A stretch of DNA of 45,384 nucleotides from a virus (taxonomy: Duplodnaviria; Heunggongvirae; Uroviricota; Caudoviricetes). The position numbers were made by a program, and so were the translations under genes. Of this stretch, positions 35,344 through 45,384 are shown piece by piece. Under the pieces are notes generated by a model. That model had not been told where the DNA came from. It ran no database searches and worked only from the letters and a program-made list of their open reading frames with translations. The stretch spans positions 1-45,384 of IMG/VR virus record IMGVR_UViG_2537561934_000012; one strand, written 5' to 3'. Position 1 is the first letter of the stretch; each line of letters begins with the position of its first letter.

Positions 35344-36041
35344 TGCAGGATATACAGCAGGAAACACTGAATGAATGCACCCGTGCGGAGCAGTCGGCCA
35401 GCGTGGTGCTCTGGGAAATCGATCTGACAGAGGTCGGTGGAGAACGTTATTTTTTCTGTAATGAGCAGAACGAAAAAGGTGAGCCGGTCACCTGGCAGGG
35501 GCGACAGTATCAGGCGTATCCCATTCAGGGGAGTGGTTTTGAACTGAATGGCAAGGGCAGTGCTGCCCGTCCGACACTGACGGTTTCTAACCTGCACGGC
35601 ATGGTCACCGGGATGGCGGAAGACCTGCAGAGTCTGGTCGGCGGAACGGTGGTCAGGCGTAAGGTTTACGCCCGTTTTCTGGATGCGGTGAACTTCGTCA
35701 ACGGAAACAGTGACGCCGATCCGGAGCAGGAGGTGATCAGCCGCTGGCGCATTGAGCAGTGCAGCGAACTGAGCGCGGTGAGTGCCTCTTTTGTACTGTC
35801 CACGCCGACGGAAACGGACGGCGCTGTTTTTCCGGGACGTATCATGCTGGCCAACACCTGCACCTGGACCTATCGCGGTGATGAGTGCGGTTATCACGGT
35901 CCGGCTGTCGCGGATGAATATGACCAGCCGACGTCCGATATCACGAAGGATAAATGCAGCAAATGCCTGAGTGGCTGTAAGTTTCGCAATAACGTCTGCA
36001 ACTTTGGCGGCTTCCTTTCCATTAACAAACTTTCGCAGTAA
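35343..36041 (+). CDS. L: Minor tail protein L
   Basis: 232 aa, same length as lambda gpL. Conserved Cys cluster near the C-terminus. Confidence 0.8.
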   Translation: MQDIQQETLNECTRAEQSASVVLWEIDLTEVGGERYFFCNEQNEKGEPVTWQGRQYQAYPIQGSGFELNGKGSAARPTLTVSNLHGMVTGMAEDLQSLVGGTVVRRKVYARFLDAVNFVNGNSDADPEQEVISRWRIEQCSELSAVSASFVLSTPTETDGAVFPGRIMLANTCTWTYRGDECGYHGPAVADEYDQPTSDITKDKCSKCLSGCKFRNNVCNFGGFLSINKLSQ

Positions 36042-36045
36042 TCCC

Positions 36046-36789
36046 ATGACAGAGACAGAATCAGCGATTCTGGCGCACGCCCGGCGATGTGCGCCAGCGG
36101 AGTCGTGCGGCTTCGTGGTGAGAACGCCGGAGGGGGAAAGATATTTTCCCTGCGTGAATATCTCCGGTGAGCCGGAGGATTATTTCCGGATGGCTCCGGA
36201 GGACTGGCTGCAGGCAGAAATGCAGGGTGAGATTGTGGCGCTGGTCCACAGTCATCCCGGTGGTCTGCCCTGGCTGAGTGATGCTGACCGGCGGCTGCAG
36301 GTGCAGAGTGATTTGCCGTGGTGGCTGGTCTGCCGGGGGGCGATTCATAAGTTCCGCTGTGTGCCGCATCTCACCGGGCGGCGCTTTGAGCACGGGTCGA
36401 CGGACTGTTACACGCTGTTCCGGGATGCTTATCATCTGGCGGGGATTGAGATGCCGGATTTTCATCGCGGGTATGACTGGTGGCGTAACGGTCAGAATCT
36501 CTATCTTGACAATATGGAGGCAACGGGTTTTTACCGTGTCGCACTGACAGAGGCGCAGCCGGGCGATGTGCTGCTGTGCTGTTTTGGTTCATCGGTGCCG
36601 AATCATGCCGCCATTTACTGTGGTGATGGCGAGCTGCTGCACCATATTCCTGAACAACTGAGCAAACGAGAGAGGTATACCGACAAATGGCAGCGACGCA
36701 CACACTCCCTCTGGCGTCACCGGGCATGGCGCGCATCTGCCTTTACGGGGATTTGCAACGATTTGGCCGCCGCATCGACCTTCGTGTGA
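36046..36789 (+). CDS. K: Tail assembly protein K (NlpC/P60-type peptidase fold)
   Basis: MTETESAILAHARRCAPAESCGFVV...HSHPGG...NHAAIYCGDGELLHH matches lambda gpK. Confidence 0.8.
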   Translation: MTETESAILAHARRCAPAESCGFVVRTPEGERYFPCVNISGEPEDYFRMAPEDWLQAEMQGEIVALVHSHPGGLPWLSDADRRLQVQSDLPWWLVCRGAIHKFRCVPHLTGRRFEHGSTDCYTLFRDAYHLAGIEMPDFHRGYDWWRNGQNLYLDNMEATGFYRVALTEAQPGDVLLCCFGSSVPNHAAIYCGDGELLHHIPEQLSKRERYTDKWQRRTHSLWRHRAWRASAFTGICNDLAAASTFV

Positions 36790-37328
36790 AAACGGGGGCT
36801 GAAGCCATCCGCGCACTGGCCACACAGCTCCCGGTGTTTCGTCAGAAACTGAGCGACGGCTGGTATCAGGTACGGATTGCCGGGCGTGATGCAGGTGAAA
36901 CCGAATTATCAGCCCGTCTTAATGAACCGCTGGCAAATGGTGCCGTGATCCACATCGTGCCGCGTCTGGCAGGAGCCAAAAGTGGCGGTGTGTTTCAGGC
37001 TGTGCTGGGGGCGGCTGTTATGGCGGTTGCTATATGGATGCCGGGGGTAGGAATTATGGCGAGTAATCTGCTGTTTTCTCTCGGTGCCAGTATGACGCTT
37101 GGCGGTGTTGCACAGATGCTGGCCCCTAAACCCAAAACCCCCCGCACACAGACAACGGATAACGGCAAACAGAACACCTATTTCTCCTCACTGGATAACA
37201 TGGTTGCCCAGGGCAATGTTCTGCCCGTTCTGTACGGTGAAATGCGCGTGGGGTCGCGGGTGGTCTCTCAGGAGATCAGCACGGCAGACGAAGGGGATGG
37301 TGGTCAGGTTGTGGTGATTGGTCGCTGA
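36687..37328 (+). CDS. I: Tail assembly protein I
   Basis: MAATHTLPLASPGMARICLYGDLQRFGRRIDLRVKTGAEAIRALATQLP... matches lambda gpI. Confidence 0.8.
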   Translation: MAATHTLPLASPGMARICLYGDLQRFGRRIDLRVKTGAEAIRALATQLPVFRQKLSDGWYQVRIAGRDAGETELSARLNEPLANGAVIHIVPRLAGAKSGGVFQAVLGAAVMAVAIWMPGVGIMASNLLFSLGASMTLGGVAQMLAPKPKTPRTQTTDNGKQNTYFSSLDNMVAQGNVLPVLYGEMRVGSRVVSQEISTADEGDGGQVVVIGR

Positions 37329-37388
37329 TGCAAAATGTTTTATGTGAAACCGCCTCCGGGCGGTTTTGTCGTTTATGGAGCGTGATGA

Positions 37389-40300
37389 ATGGGTAAAGGC
37401 AGCAGTAAGGGGCATACCCCGCGCGAAGCGAAGGACAACCTGAAGTCCACGCAGTTGCTGAGTGTGATCGATGCCATCAGCGAAGGGCCGGTTGAAGGTC
37501 CGGTGGATGGATTAAAAAGCGTGCTGCTGAACAGTACGCCAGTGCTGGACAGTGAGGGGAATACCAATATCTCCGGCGTCACGGTGGTGTTCCGGGCCGG
37601 TGAGCAGGAGCAGACACCGCCGGAGGGATTTGAATCCTCCGGCTCCGAGACGGTGCTGGGTACGGAAGTGAAATACGACACGCCGATCACCCGGACCATC
37701 ACGTCGGCAAACATTGACCGACTGCGTTTTACCTTCGGTGTGCAGGCACTGGTGGAAACCACCTCAAAGGGAGACCGGAATCCGTCGGAAGTCCGCCTGC
37801 TGGTTCAGATACAACGTAACGGTAGCTGGGTGACGGAAAAAGACATCACCATTAAGGGCAAAACCACCTCGCAGTATCTGGCCTCGGTGGTGGTGGATAA
37901 CCTGCCGCCGCGCCCGTTTAATATCCGGATGCGCAGGACGACGCCGGACAGCACCACAGACCAGCTGCAGAACAAAACGCTCTGGTCGTCATACACCGAA
38001 ATCATCGATGTGAAACAGTGCTACCCGAACACGGCACTGGTCGGCGTGCAGGTGGACTCGGAGCAGTTCGGCAGCCAGCAGGTGAGCCGTAATTATCATC
38101 TTCGCGGGCGTATTCTGCAGGTGCCGTCGAACTATAACCCGCAGACGCGGCAATACAGCGGTATCTGGGACGGAACGTTTAAGCCAGCATACAGCAATAA
38201 CATGGCCTGGTGTCTGTGGGATATGCTGACCCATCCACGCTACGGCATGGGGAAACGTCTTGGTGCGGCGGATGTGGACAAATGGGCGCTGTATGTCATC
38301 GGCCAGTACTGCGACCAGTCAGTGCCGGACGGCTTTGGCGGCACGGAGCCGCGCATCACCTGTAATGCGTACCTGACCACACAGCGCAAGGCGTGGGATG
38401 TGCTCAGTGATTTCTGCTCGGCGATGCGCTGTATGCCGGTATGGAACGGGCAGACGCTGACGTTCGTGCAGGACCGACCATCAGATAAGGTGTGGACCTA
38501 TAACCGCAGTAATGTGGTGATGCCGGATGATGGCGCGCCGTTCCGCTACAGCTTCAGCGCCCTCAAGGACCGCCATAATGCCGTTGAGGTGAACTGGATT
38601 GACCCGGATAACGGCTGGGAGACGGCGACAGAGCTTGTGGAGGACACGCAGGCCATTCTCCGTTACGGTCGTAACGTCACGAAGATGGATGCCTTTGGCT
38701 GTACCAGCCGGGGGCAGGCACACCGAGCCGGGCTGTGGCTGATTAAAACGGAGCTGCTGGAAACGCAGACCGTGGACTTCAGCGTGGGTGCTGAAGGGCT
38801 TCGCCATGTACCGGGCGATGTCATTGAAATCTGCGATGATGACTATGCCGGTATCAGCACCGGCGGGCGCGTGCTGGCGGTGAACAGCCAGACCCGGACG
38901 CTGACGCTCGACCGTGAAATCACGCTGCCATCCTCCGGTACCACGCTGATAAGCCTGGTTGACGGAAGTGGCAATCCGGTCAGCGTGGAGGTCCAGTCCG
39001 TCACCGACGGCGTGAAGGTAAAAGTGAGCCGTGTTCCTGACGGCGTTGCCGGATACAGCGTATGGGGGCTGAAGTTGCCGACGTTGCGCCAGCGCCTGTT
39101 CCGCTGTGTGAGTATTCGTGAGAACGATGACGGCACGCATGCCATCACTGCCGTGCAGCATGTACCGGAAAAAGAAGCCATCGTGGATAACGGGGCGCAC
39201 TTTGACGGCGACCAGAGCGGCACGGTGAATGGTGTCACGCCGCCAGCGGTGCAGCACCTGACTGCCGAAGTCACTGCAGACAGCGGGGAGTATCAGGTAC
39301 TGGCCCGCTGGGACACGCCGAAGGTGGTGAAGGGCGTGAGCTTCCTGCTTCGCCTGACTGTAACAGCGGATGACGGCAGTGAGCGGCTGGTCAGCACGGC
39401 CCGGACGACGGAAACCACTTACCGCTTCACACAACTGGCGCTGGGGAACTACAGGCTGACAGTCCGGGCGGTAAATGCGTGGGGACAGCAGGGCGATCCT
39501 GCCACCACCACCTTCCGGATTAACGCACCTGCAAAACCCGCCACCATTGAGCTGACGCCGGGGTATTTTCAGATAACGGCGGTCCCGCGTCTTGCGGTGT
39601 ATGACCCGACGGTACAGTTTGAATTCTGGTTCTCAGAAAAACGCATCACGAACACAGCACAGGTGGAAAAATCTGCCCGTTATCTGGGGACAGGCAGTCA
39701 GTGGACTGTCCAGGGGAGCCGGATTAAGCCGGGGACGGATTTCTGGTTTTACGTGCGAAGCGTCAACCTGGTGGGAAAATCTGCTTTTGTGGAAGCCAGC
39801 GGGCAGCCCAGCAATGATGGTGAAGGGTATCTGGAAATTTTCCGGGGGCTGATAGATGAGACGCTTCTTGGTCAGGCACTGAAAGAGCGCATTGATGCTT
39901 CAGCGCTGCGTACGGAGGTCACGCAACTGGAAGAAGACATCCGTCAGCGGATGGACACGGATATCGCAGAAGTGACCCGGAAAATCGGGAAGGCGGAAAA
40001 CACTCTCACGCAGCTGGTTGCGAAAAAGAATGAGGACCAGGCACTGGCCATCGCGCAGGTGAACCAGAAAGTGGACCGGGTGAGCAGTGAAATCTCACAG
40101 ACTGTCAGCCAGGGGCAGTCAGAAAACGCCCGACAGATAGCACAGGTCCGCCAGTACGTGGATAAAAAAGGGAGTGAAATTACCTCGACCACGGATAAAA
40201 AGCTGGGTGACCAGGCCGTGACCATACAGCAAATCCAGCGGGTTCAGTCAGACACGCGCAATGAGCTGAATGCCATGTATATGCTGAAGGTGCAGAAAAC

Positions 40301-41090
40301 AAAAAACGGTATTCCCTATGTGGCTGGGATTGGTGCAGGGATTGAGGATGTTGATGGTCAGACCCTGAGTAACATTCTGCTGCAGGCCGATCGCATTGCG
40401 ATGATTACCCCGGAGAACGGTAACACCACGCCGCTGTTTGTGGCGCAGGGGAATCAGCTGTTCATGAACGACGTGTTCCTGAAGCGACTGTTTGCGGTGA
40501 GCATCACGTCATCCGGTAATCCTCCGGCATTTTCCCTGACACCGGACGGGCGGCTGACGGCGAGAAATGCTGATATCAGCGGTAACGTGAATGCGAATTC
40601 CGGGACGCTCAACAACGTCACGATTAATCAGAACTGCCGGATCCTTGGAAAACTGTCAGCCAGCCATATTGAAGGCGATATTGTCAAAACGGTGGGTAAG
40701 GCTTTCCCGCGAAATGGAAGTTATGCCAGTGGCACGATAACCGTCACGGTTTATGATGATCAGGGATTCGACCGGCAGATTATCATTCCGCCGGTATTAT
40801 TTCGTGGTACGAAACACCAGAATTTCAACAGTCATAACCAACAGTCATACTGGTATTCCACCTGCAAGCTGCAGGTGTTTAAAAACGGGGCTGAGATTTT
40901 CCATGAACCGGCAACGGATGTCAGCCGGGTGTTCTCAACGGTGATAGATATGCCGGCAGGACGGGGTCATGTCACCCTGACGTTTAATGTGTCATCGACC
41001 GGCGCGAACAAATGGACGCCGACAACGTACATCAGCGATTTACTGGTGGTGGTCATGAAAAAATCCACGGCAGGAATCAGTATCAGCTGA
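37389..41090 (+). CDS. J: Tail tip / host specificity protein J
   Basis: 1233 aa, largest ORF, directly after I in the lambda J position. Identified by size and position. Confidence 0.85.
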   Translation: MGKGSSKGHTPREAKDNLKSTQLLSVIDAISEGPVEGPVDGLKSVLLNSTPVLDSEGNTNISGVTVVFRAGEQEQTPPEGFESSGSETVLGTEVKYDTPITRTITSANIDRLRFTFGVQALVETTSKGDRNPSEVRLLVQIQRNGSWVTEKDITIKGKTTSQYLASVVVDNLPPRPFNIRMRRTTPDSTTDQLQNKTLWSSYTEIIDVKQCYPNTALVGVQVDSEQFGSQQVSRNYHLRGRILQVPSNYNPQTRQYSGIWDGTFKPAYSNNMAWCLWDMLTHPRYGMGKRLGAADVDKWALYVIGQYCDQSVPDGFGGTEPRITCNAYLTTQRKAWDVLSDFCSAMRCMPVWNGQTLTFVQDRPSDKVWTYNRSNVVMPDDGAPFRYSFSALKDRHNAVEVNWIDPDNGWETATELVEDTQAILRYGRNVTKMDAFGCTSRGQAHRAGLWLIKTELLETQTVDFSVGAEGLRHVPGDVIEICDDDYAGISTGGRVLAVNSQTRTLTLDREITLPSSGTTLISLVDGSGNPVSVEVQSVTDGVKVKVSRVPDGVAGYSVWGLKLPTLRQRLFRCVSIRENDDGTHAITAVQHVPEKEAIVDNGAHFDGDQSGTVNGVTPPAVQHLTAEVTADSGEYQVLARWDTPKVVKGVSFLLRLTVTADDGSERLVSTARTTETTYRFTQLALGNYRLTVRAVNAWGQQGDPATTTFRINAPAKPATIELTPGYFQITAVPRLAVYDPTVQFEFWFSEKRITNTAQVEKSARYLGTGSQWTVQGSRIKPGTDFWFYVRSVNLVGKSAFVEASGQPSNDGEGYLEIFRGLIDETLLGQALKERIDASALRTEVTQLEEDIRQRMDTDIAEVTRKIGKAENTLTQLVAKKNEDQALAIAQVNQKVDRVSSEISQTVSQGQSENARQIAQVRQYVDKKGSEITSTTDKKLGDQAVTIQQIQRVQSDTRNELNAMYMLKVQKTKNGIPYVAGIGAGIEDVDGQTLSNILLQADRIAMITPENGNTTPLFVAQGNQLFMNDVFLKRLFAVSITSSGNPPAFSLTPDGRLTARNADISGNVNANSGTLNNVTINQNCRILGKLSASHIEGDIVKTVGKAFPRNGSYASGTITVTVYDDQGFDRQIIIPPVLFRGTKHQNFNSHNQQSYWYSTCKLQVFKNGAEIFHEPATDVSRVFSTVIDMPAGRGHVTLTFNVSSTGANKWTPTTYISDLLVVVMKKSTAGISIS

Positions 41091-41157
41091 CGATTTATTA
41101 ACCCGGAGGGGCACCCGAAGCGGTGCCTTTTTTATTGACTGAAAACGAGAGGTAATC

Positions 41158-41769
41158 ATGCGCCATATTTTATTTTTTGTCGCTTTTCTGGCAGGAATGG
41201 CCCTTCCTGCGCAGGCTGAAGTCGGACACGGTGCGTTTTCCGTGGGATATGCTCAGGTTCACCCGGGCGGCGTGCCGGCATTGTCCGGTACCGGTGCCCG
41301 TACAGGTGATTTAAAAGGGATTAACGTGAAATACCGTTATGAATTCACGGACCATGCGGGTGGTATTGTTTCGCTGAGTTATGCGTCGGCGAAAAAAAGC
41401 GACACGATGAAGACGGGTGAAAATACGTTCCATTATGAAAGCCTGCGCGGTCGTTATGTGAGTCTGATGGCCGGCCCTGTCTGGCAGGTCAGTGAGCAGG
41501 TCAGTCTCTATGGCACGGCTGGGATGGCTTACACCCGCTGGTCTGACAGTGTTCAGGATTACCGACGTGATGAATTGAAACCGGGGTATGTGAAGGAGAC
41601 GACCACCGCCAGTGATGGCTATACCGCACGACACCTGTCGCTGGCATGGGGTGCGGGTCTTCAGTTCAGCCCGGCAGAAACGGTGACTATTGACCTTGCT
41701 TATGAAGGCTCCGGCAGTGGTGACTGGCGCACTGACGGTTTCATCGTGGGTGTCGGTTATAAGTTCTGA
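41158..41769 (+). CDS. lom: Lom / Ail-family outer membrane beta-barrel protein
   Basis: Signal peptide (LAGMALPAQA). C-terminal ...GVGYKF. In the lambda lom position. Confidence 0.85.
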   Translation: MRHILFFVAFLAGMALPAQAEVGHGAFSVGYAQVHPGGVPALSGTGARTGDLKGINVKYRYEFTDHAGGIVSLSYASAKKSDTMKTGENTFHYESLRGRYVSLMAGPVWQVSEQVSLYGTAGMAYTRWSDSVQDYRRDELKPGYVKETTTASDGYTARHLSLAWGAGLQFSPAETVTIDLAYEGSGSGDWRTDGFIVGVGYKF

Positions 41770-41827
41770 TTAGCCAGGTAACACAGTGTTATGACAGCCC
41801 GCCGGTTCAGGCGGGCTTTTTTGTGGG

Positions 41828-43822
41828 GTGAATATGGCAGTAAAGATTTCAGGTGTGCTGAAAGACGGGGCGGGTAAGCCTGTCGTAAATTGTGCGATTG
41901 AACTGCGGGCCAGAAGAACCAGTCCGACCGTTGTGGCACACGTTGTCGCCACTTGCGTGACGGACAATAACGGTGCTTATGTGATTGAGGCTGAGCCGGG
42001 GTATTACGAGGTTGCGCTTAACCGTAACGGCTGGCAGCCAACCCGTGTCGGGGATATTTATGTGGCACCGACTGACACACCTGGGACACTGAACGCGTTT
42101 CTGGATGCACCAAAGGATGGTGATTTACGTCCGGAGGTGATGAAGCGTTTTGAGGAAATGGTGGATGTAGTTACCCGGCAGTCAGAGCAGGTCACTGATG
42201 ACCGTAAAAGAGCAGAGTCGGCAGCGGATACAGCAACAAACGCAGCGACCTCTGCTCTTGACAGTAAAAATAAGGCAGAAGAGCTGAAAAATCAGGCACA
42301 GCAGAGCGCCGAAGCGGCTGCCAAAAGCGAGAAGAACGCGAAAAGTCACGCCGATAATGCAGCCGGAAGCGCCAGCCAGTATAAGGAAGCAGCATCTTCG
42401 GCTGCGACCAGTGCAGAAAATGCGGCAAATGTTGCGCTGGGCCATGAAAATAACGCTGCCGAATACGCCCGGCAGGCGAAGGCCAGCCAGGATGCGAGCG
42501 CAGGCAATGCGCAGGAAGCGAAACAGCACAGGGACGAGGCGCAACGGATAGTTGATGACCTGAAGGGAAGCAATGCATCCACGACAGAAAAAGGCCTGGT
42601 GCAACTCTGTAGTGATACAGACAACGACAGTGAAGAACTGGCAGCCACACCAAAGGCTGTCAAAACCGTCATGGACGAGACGAAAACAAAAGCGCCGCTG
42701 GACAGCCCGGCATTCACCGGCACACCCACCACACCAACCCCACCGGACGATGCTGCCGGTCTGGAAACAGCGAACGCGGCATTTGTTCGCAAACTGCTTG
42801 CTGCGCTGGTTGACTCGTCACCGGAAGCCCTGGACACGCTGAACGAGCTGGCAGCAGCGCTGGGCAATGACCCGAACTTTGCGACAACGGTTACTAAAGC
42901 ACTGGCAGGTAAACAGCCGCTTAACAATACGTTAACCAATATCAGCAAGGCAGGGGTGGGACAAAACTCTCTCCTTTATTTTGGTGATAACTTTAAAGCA
43001 AAAGCAATTCCATGCAGCAACAAGGCTCGCTCATTACTGGCACGAAACACGCCTGAATCCATGCGCGCGGAGCTTGAACTGAAAGCGGCTGCGACGATGG
43101 AACCCCAGACCGATATCCGTGACCGCACACCCGGCAGGCTGTCGCTACCGGGCGCTTTTGGCTTTGGTAAGGCATTCAGTAACACAGAAGCCCTGACATT
43201 TAACGGGCAGGCTGATTTTGCTGAATGGCTGAAGGAAGCCATGCCGGGGCGTTATGCGGTCAGTATTGCGGACTCTTCCACGCTGCTGGCTGGCACAACG
43301 AAATTTAACGGCATCATTGATGTGATGTGGTCGCCCTTTGATAACGATGAGTCGGACACAATACGCAAATTCAAAACACTGCTGTGTTTTAACCAGTATT
43401 ACGAAGGTGAGCATAGTATTCATTTCCTGACTTACCGCTTTAGTGGAAACAACTGGAATGCAACAGTAAGCCCCATTATTTACGACGGCGATTCGCTGGC
43501 CTTCCTGCTGTCCAGGACGGCGGGCTCAGGCTCATATTTCAAATACCCGGCAGTGGGTGTTCCAGTGCTGGCTGTTTATCGCGGAACAACTTTCGGGGAT
43601 AAAGAAATCAATATTGGCCTGGGTGATGTGGTGCAGGGGTCACAACTGGGCGGAGTTAATCTTTCGTGCTTAATATCTTCTCCTGGGGTTGGCTCCTACA
43701 ATTCCGCACCGAGTGCAGGAGCTACAGGGTACACTTTCCCGGGGCGTTATATGGCGCTATCCGGGGTCAGGGACTCTAAAGGAATAACCGGTCGTATCTG
43801 CCTGTTTGTGCGCATCGAGTAA
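41828..43822 (+). CDS. stf: Side tail fibre protein Stf
   Basis: N-terminal MAVKISGVLKDGAGKPV... and ...EELAATPKAVKTVMDETK... match the lambda Stf conserved N-terminus. Ala/Ser-rich central region. Confidence 0.8.
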   Translation: MNMAVKISGVLKDGAGKPVVNCAIELRARRTSPTVVAHVVATCVTDNNGAYVIEAEPGYYEVALNRNGWQPTRVGDIYVAPTDTPGTLNAFLDAPKDGDLRPEVMKRFEEMVDVVTRQSEQVTDDRKRAESAADTATNAATSALDSKNKAEELKNQAQQSAEAAAKSEKNAKSHADNAAGSASQYKEAASSAATSAENAANVALGHENNAAEYARQAKASQDASAGNAQEAKQHRDEAQRIVDDLKGSNASTTEKGLVQLCSDTDNDSEELAATPKAVKTVMDETKTKAPLDSPAFTGTPTTPTPPDDAAGLETANAAFVRKLLAALVDSSPEALDTLNELAAALGNDPNFATTVTKALAGKQPLNNTLTNISKAGVGQNSLLYFGDNFKAKAIPCSNKARSLLARNTPESMRAELELKAAATMEPQTDIRDRTPGRLSLPGAFGFGKAFSNTEALTFNGQADFAEWLKEAMPGRYAVSIADSSTLLAGTTKFNGIIDVMWSPFDNDESDTIRKFKTLLCFNQYYEGEHSIHFLTYRFSGNNWNATVSPIIYDGDSLAFLLSRTAGSGSYFKYPAVGVPVLAVYRGTTFGDKEINIGLGDVVQGSQLGGVNLSCLISSPGVGSYNSAPSAGATGYTFPGRYMALSGVRDSKGITGRICLFVRIE

Positions 43823-43835
43823 CGGGGAATAAAAC

Positions 43836-44408
43836 ATGAAAATCAGAGCGGTAAAGGGCATCAGAAACGCCCATTATCTTGAAAATGGTGCGGTTGACTG
43901 CGAGGTGTTATTTGAAGGTGAAACGGAATTCGTCCCGTATACCGCCATGCAGGATGATACCGCACCGACAGGCCAGCGCATCTGGGAAGAGTTGCAGAAC
44001 GGCAAATGGGGCGAAATCGCCCCTTTCACTGTCACGCCGGAACTTATCGCCGCGGCGAAGGATGCCAAAAAGCAGGAAATCGAGGCATGGCGCACAGAAC
44101 AGGAAGCACTGCCGTTCACCTTTGAATGGAACGGTCGCACCTGGAACGCTGGCCCCGACTCAATGGCCCGTCTTTATCCGGTAGTAATGGCGGCGAAATC
44201 CGATACGGCACGAACCGCCCTTGCATGGGGTGATGCCGATAATCAACAGGTGAAACTGTCAATGCCGGAACTGGAAGAACTGGCGACAGCAATGGCGCAG
44301 GCGCAGGTCGATCGCAACGACGAGATTTATCAACGTCAGCGGGAGATGAAAGAGAGGTTGAGCAGTCTGGATGATTTGGTTTCAATCCGAGCGTTTGACG
44401 TTGAGTAA
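43836..44408 (+). CDS. Putative tail fibre assembly / chaperone-like protein (Tfa position)
   Basis: 190-aa ORF immediately after stf. Assigned by position only. Confidence 0.35.
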   Translation: MKIRAVKGIRNAHYLENGAVDCEVLFEGETEFVPYTAMQDDTAPTGQRIWEELQNGKWGEIAPFTVTPELIAAAKDAKKQEIEAWRTEQEALPFTFEWNGRTWNAGPDSMARLYPVVMAAKSDTARTALAWGDADNQQVKLSMPELEELATAMAQAQVDRNDEIYQRQREMKERLSSLDDLVSIRAFDVE

Positions 44409-44451
44409 TGAATAAGCCGCCATGAGCGGTTTTTTTGTATCTGAAAAATGA

Positions 44452-44482
44452 AAGCCCGGCTGTGTCAACAGTCGGGCTTTTA
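44452..44482. terminator. Bidirectional terminator-like hairpin between convergent genes
   Basis: AAGCCCGGCTG ... CAGTCGGGCTT inverted repeat with T-rich flanks on both strands. A weaker hairpin plus T7 lies at about 44414-44437. Confidence 0.45.
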
Positions 44483-44688
44483 GCTTTTGAGTATAGCAAG
44501 TTCTAATATGGAGGTCTTCCGTGATCAATTTTAGCGGAGGAGACTGGATTGTGAAAGTTCTAAAACTACTGGCAAGAAGCAGAAGGCTACGACAGATATT
44601 ATTCCACATTAGTTGCTGTGCTGATGTATGCTCTGATGCGTTCCCCGGTATTAGTTGAGCTAATAAAACAATACGGGAATTAATAAAA

Positions 44689-45252
44689 TCAGAGTCGCAT
44701 CAATCTTTCCACTAGTTGTTCTTTACGGGCAACGATCCACCCATGTTGCTCCAGATAAAATTTAAACCGTTCCAGAGTGCATACCATCGCATCGGCGGGG
44801 ACTTTTTCTGTTAACTCGACCTGACCGTGTTTATCGAAGTGGATCAGTAATGCGCATCCATCATTTTCGGTGGGGGAGTTTTGTGTTGCTGGTGGCTGTT
44901 TCTGGCTGAAATAACAGTCTTCCAGTTTTTCGAACACTTCCCACGCCTGATCGGTTTCGAGCATTTTGGCATGGCGGGCTGCGCCGCGTTCTGTCCAGAG
45001 GATGAGGGAGCGAGTTTTGGGAGAGATGGGATTTTGTGAGTGACTTAAAGTCACCCGCAAATTCTTTAGTTCATCGCCAATCACCTTGTAAAAGTGCTTA
45101 CCTTCACAAAAGCGATCTGCGTTGCGCGAATAATTCTTTTTGATGTTATCTGAGTCCGTGCCATAAAGCTGTGCCAGTAACTCGGTAGTGATAACGGGAA
45201 TTTGGTTGTGTGTAATTGGGGAAAGAGTTTCGACAGAAATCTGAGTGGTCAT
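44689..45252 (-). CDS. ORF6N-domain-like protein, copy 2 (inverted paralogue of 16517..17104)
   Basis: Product about 90% identical to copy 1 with a short internal deletion. Upstream non-coding sequence is also shared. The track ORF runs to the window edge at 45384. Confidence 0.55.
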   Translation of the reverse strand: MTTQISVETLSPITHNQIPVITTELLAQLYGTDSDNIKKNYSRNADRFCEGKHFYKVIGDELKNLRVTLSHSQNPISPKTRSLILWTERGAARHAKMLETDQAWEVFEKLEDCYFSQKQPPATQNSPTENDGCALLIHFDKHGQVELTEKVPADAMVCTLERFKFYLEQHGWIVARKEQLVERLMRL

Positions 45253-45384
45253 AACGATAACTCCGTACATTTGGAAATTATCGCCACCGACGACGCCAAT
45301 CGAACTGGTGGCGAACTGTGCAGGGTTGGCGTAACCGGGTACGGAAACCGGCGAGCCTTTCGGCTCCCCCACACAGCCCGCCAT

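Noticed and set aside
35241-36047. 268-aa minus-strand ORF
   Set aside because: Antisense across the M/L/K tail genes, which are confidently assigned on the plus strand.
38481-39434. 317-aa and 143-aa minus-strand ORFs
   Set aside because: Antisense within gene J. No ribosome-binding site noticed, and composition is typical of antisense reading of a GC-rich gene.
42182-42948. Several minus-strand ORFs of 140-200 aa
   Set aside because: Antisense within stf; Ala/Ser-rich products reflect the repetitive stf sequence.
44520-44640. Short GTG-initiated plus-strand ORF (about 34 aa) with GGAGGAG upstream, between the Tfa-position gene and the inverted ORF6N copy
   Set aside because: Very short, Cys-rich, no conservation evidence available; too weak to call.
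44689-45384. Treating the right-edge ORF6N copy as proof of a second, adjacent prophage
   Set aside because: The window ends inside the repeat, so it cannot be told apart from an internal inverted duplication in the b-region. Reported as an open question instead.

Overview
The window is almost entirely one lambda-like (lambdoid) temperate prophage of an E. coli-type enterobacterial genome, in canonical lambda prophage order. Left to right: int and xis (minus strand), a RecE-like exonuclease and small early-left genes, PL/OL, a cI-type repressor, OR/PR, cro, a cII-position gene, an O-like replication initiator with internal iterons, an IS3-family insertion, an AT-rich accessory island, a DUF968-like gene, rusA, a Q antiterminator, a late promoter region, an ORF6N-like gene, two tRNAs, a lysis cassette, cos, and a lambda-like head and tail set (Nu1, A, W, B, C, D, E, FI, FII, Z, U, V, G, G-T, H, M, L, K, I, J), then lom, stf, a tail-fiber-assembly-position gene and an inverted second copy of the ORF6N-like gene running off the window edge. 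The accessory island holds a convergent two-gene candidate defence module (a PD-(D/E)xK-motif protein plus a 365-aa partner) next to a hok-type toxin; this is the strongest candidate for a poorly described system. Other points of interest are a four-copy in-frame 138-bp tandem repeat in the head protease/scaffold gene, the inverted ORF6N-gene repeat bracketing the late region, and a RecE-like protein with a DnaQ-like C-terminal domain. Protein identifications rest on reading the supplied translations against remembered lambda, Rac, Qin and DLP12 proteins; no database search was run. Coordinates of non-ORF features (terminators, promoters, IS ends, tRNAs) were counted by hand and may be off by 1-2 bp.
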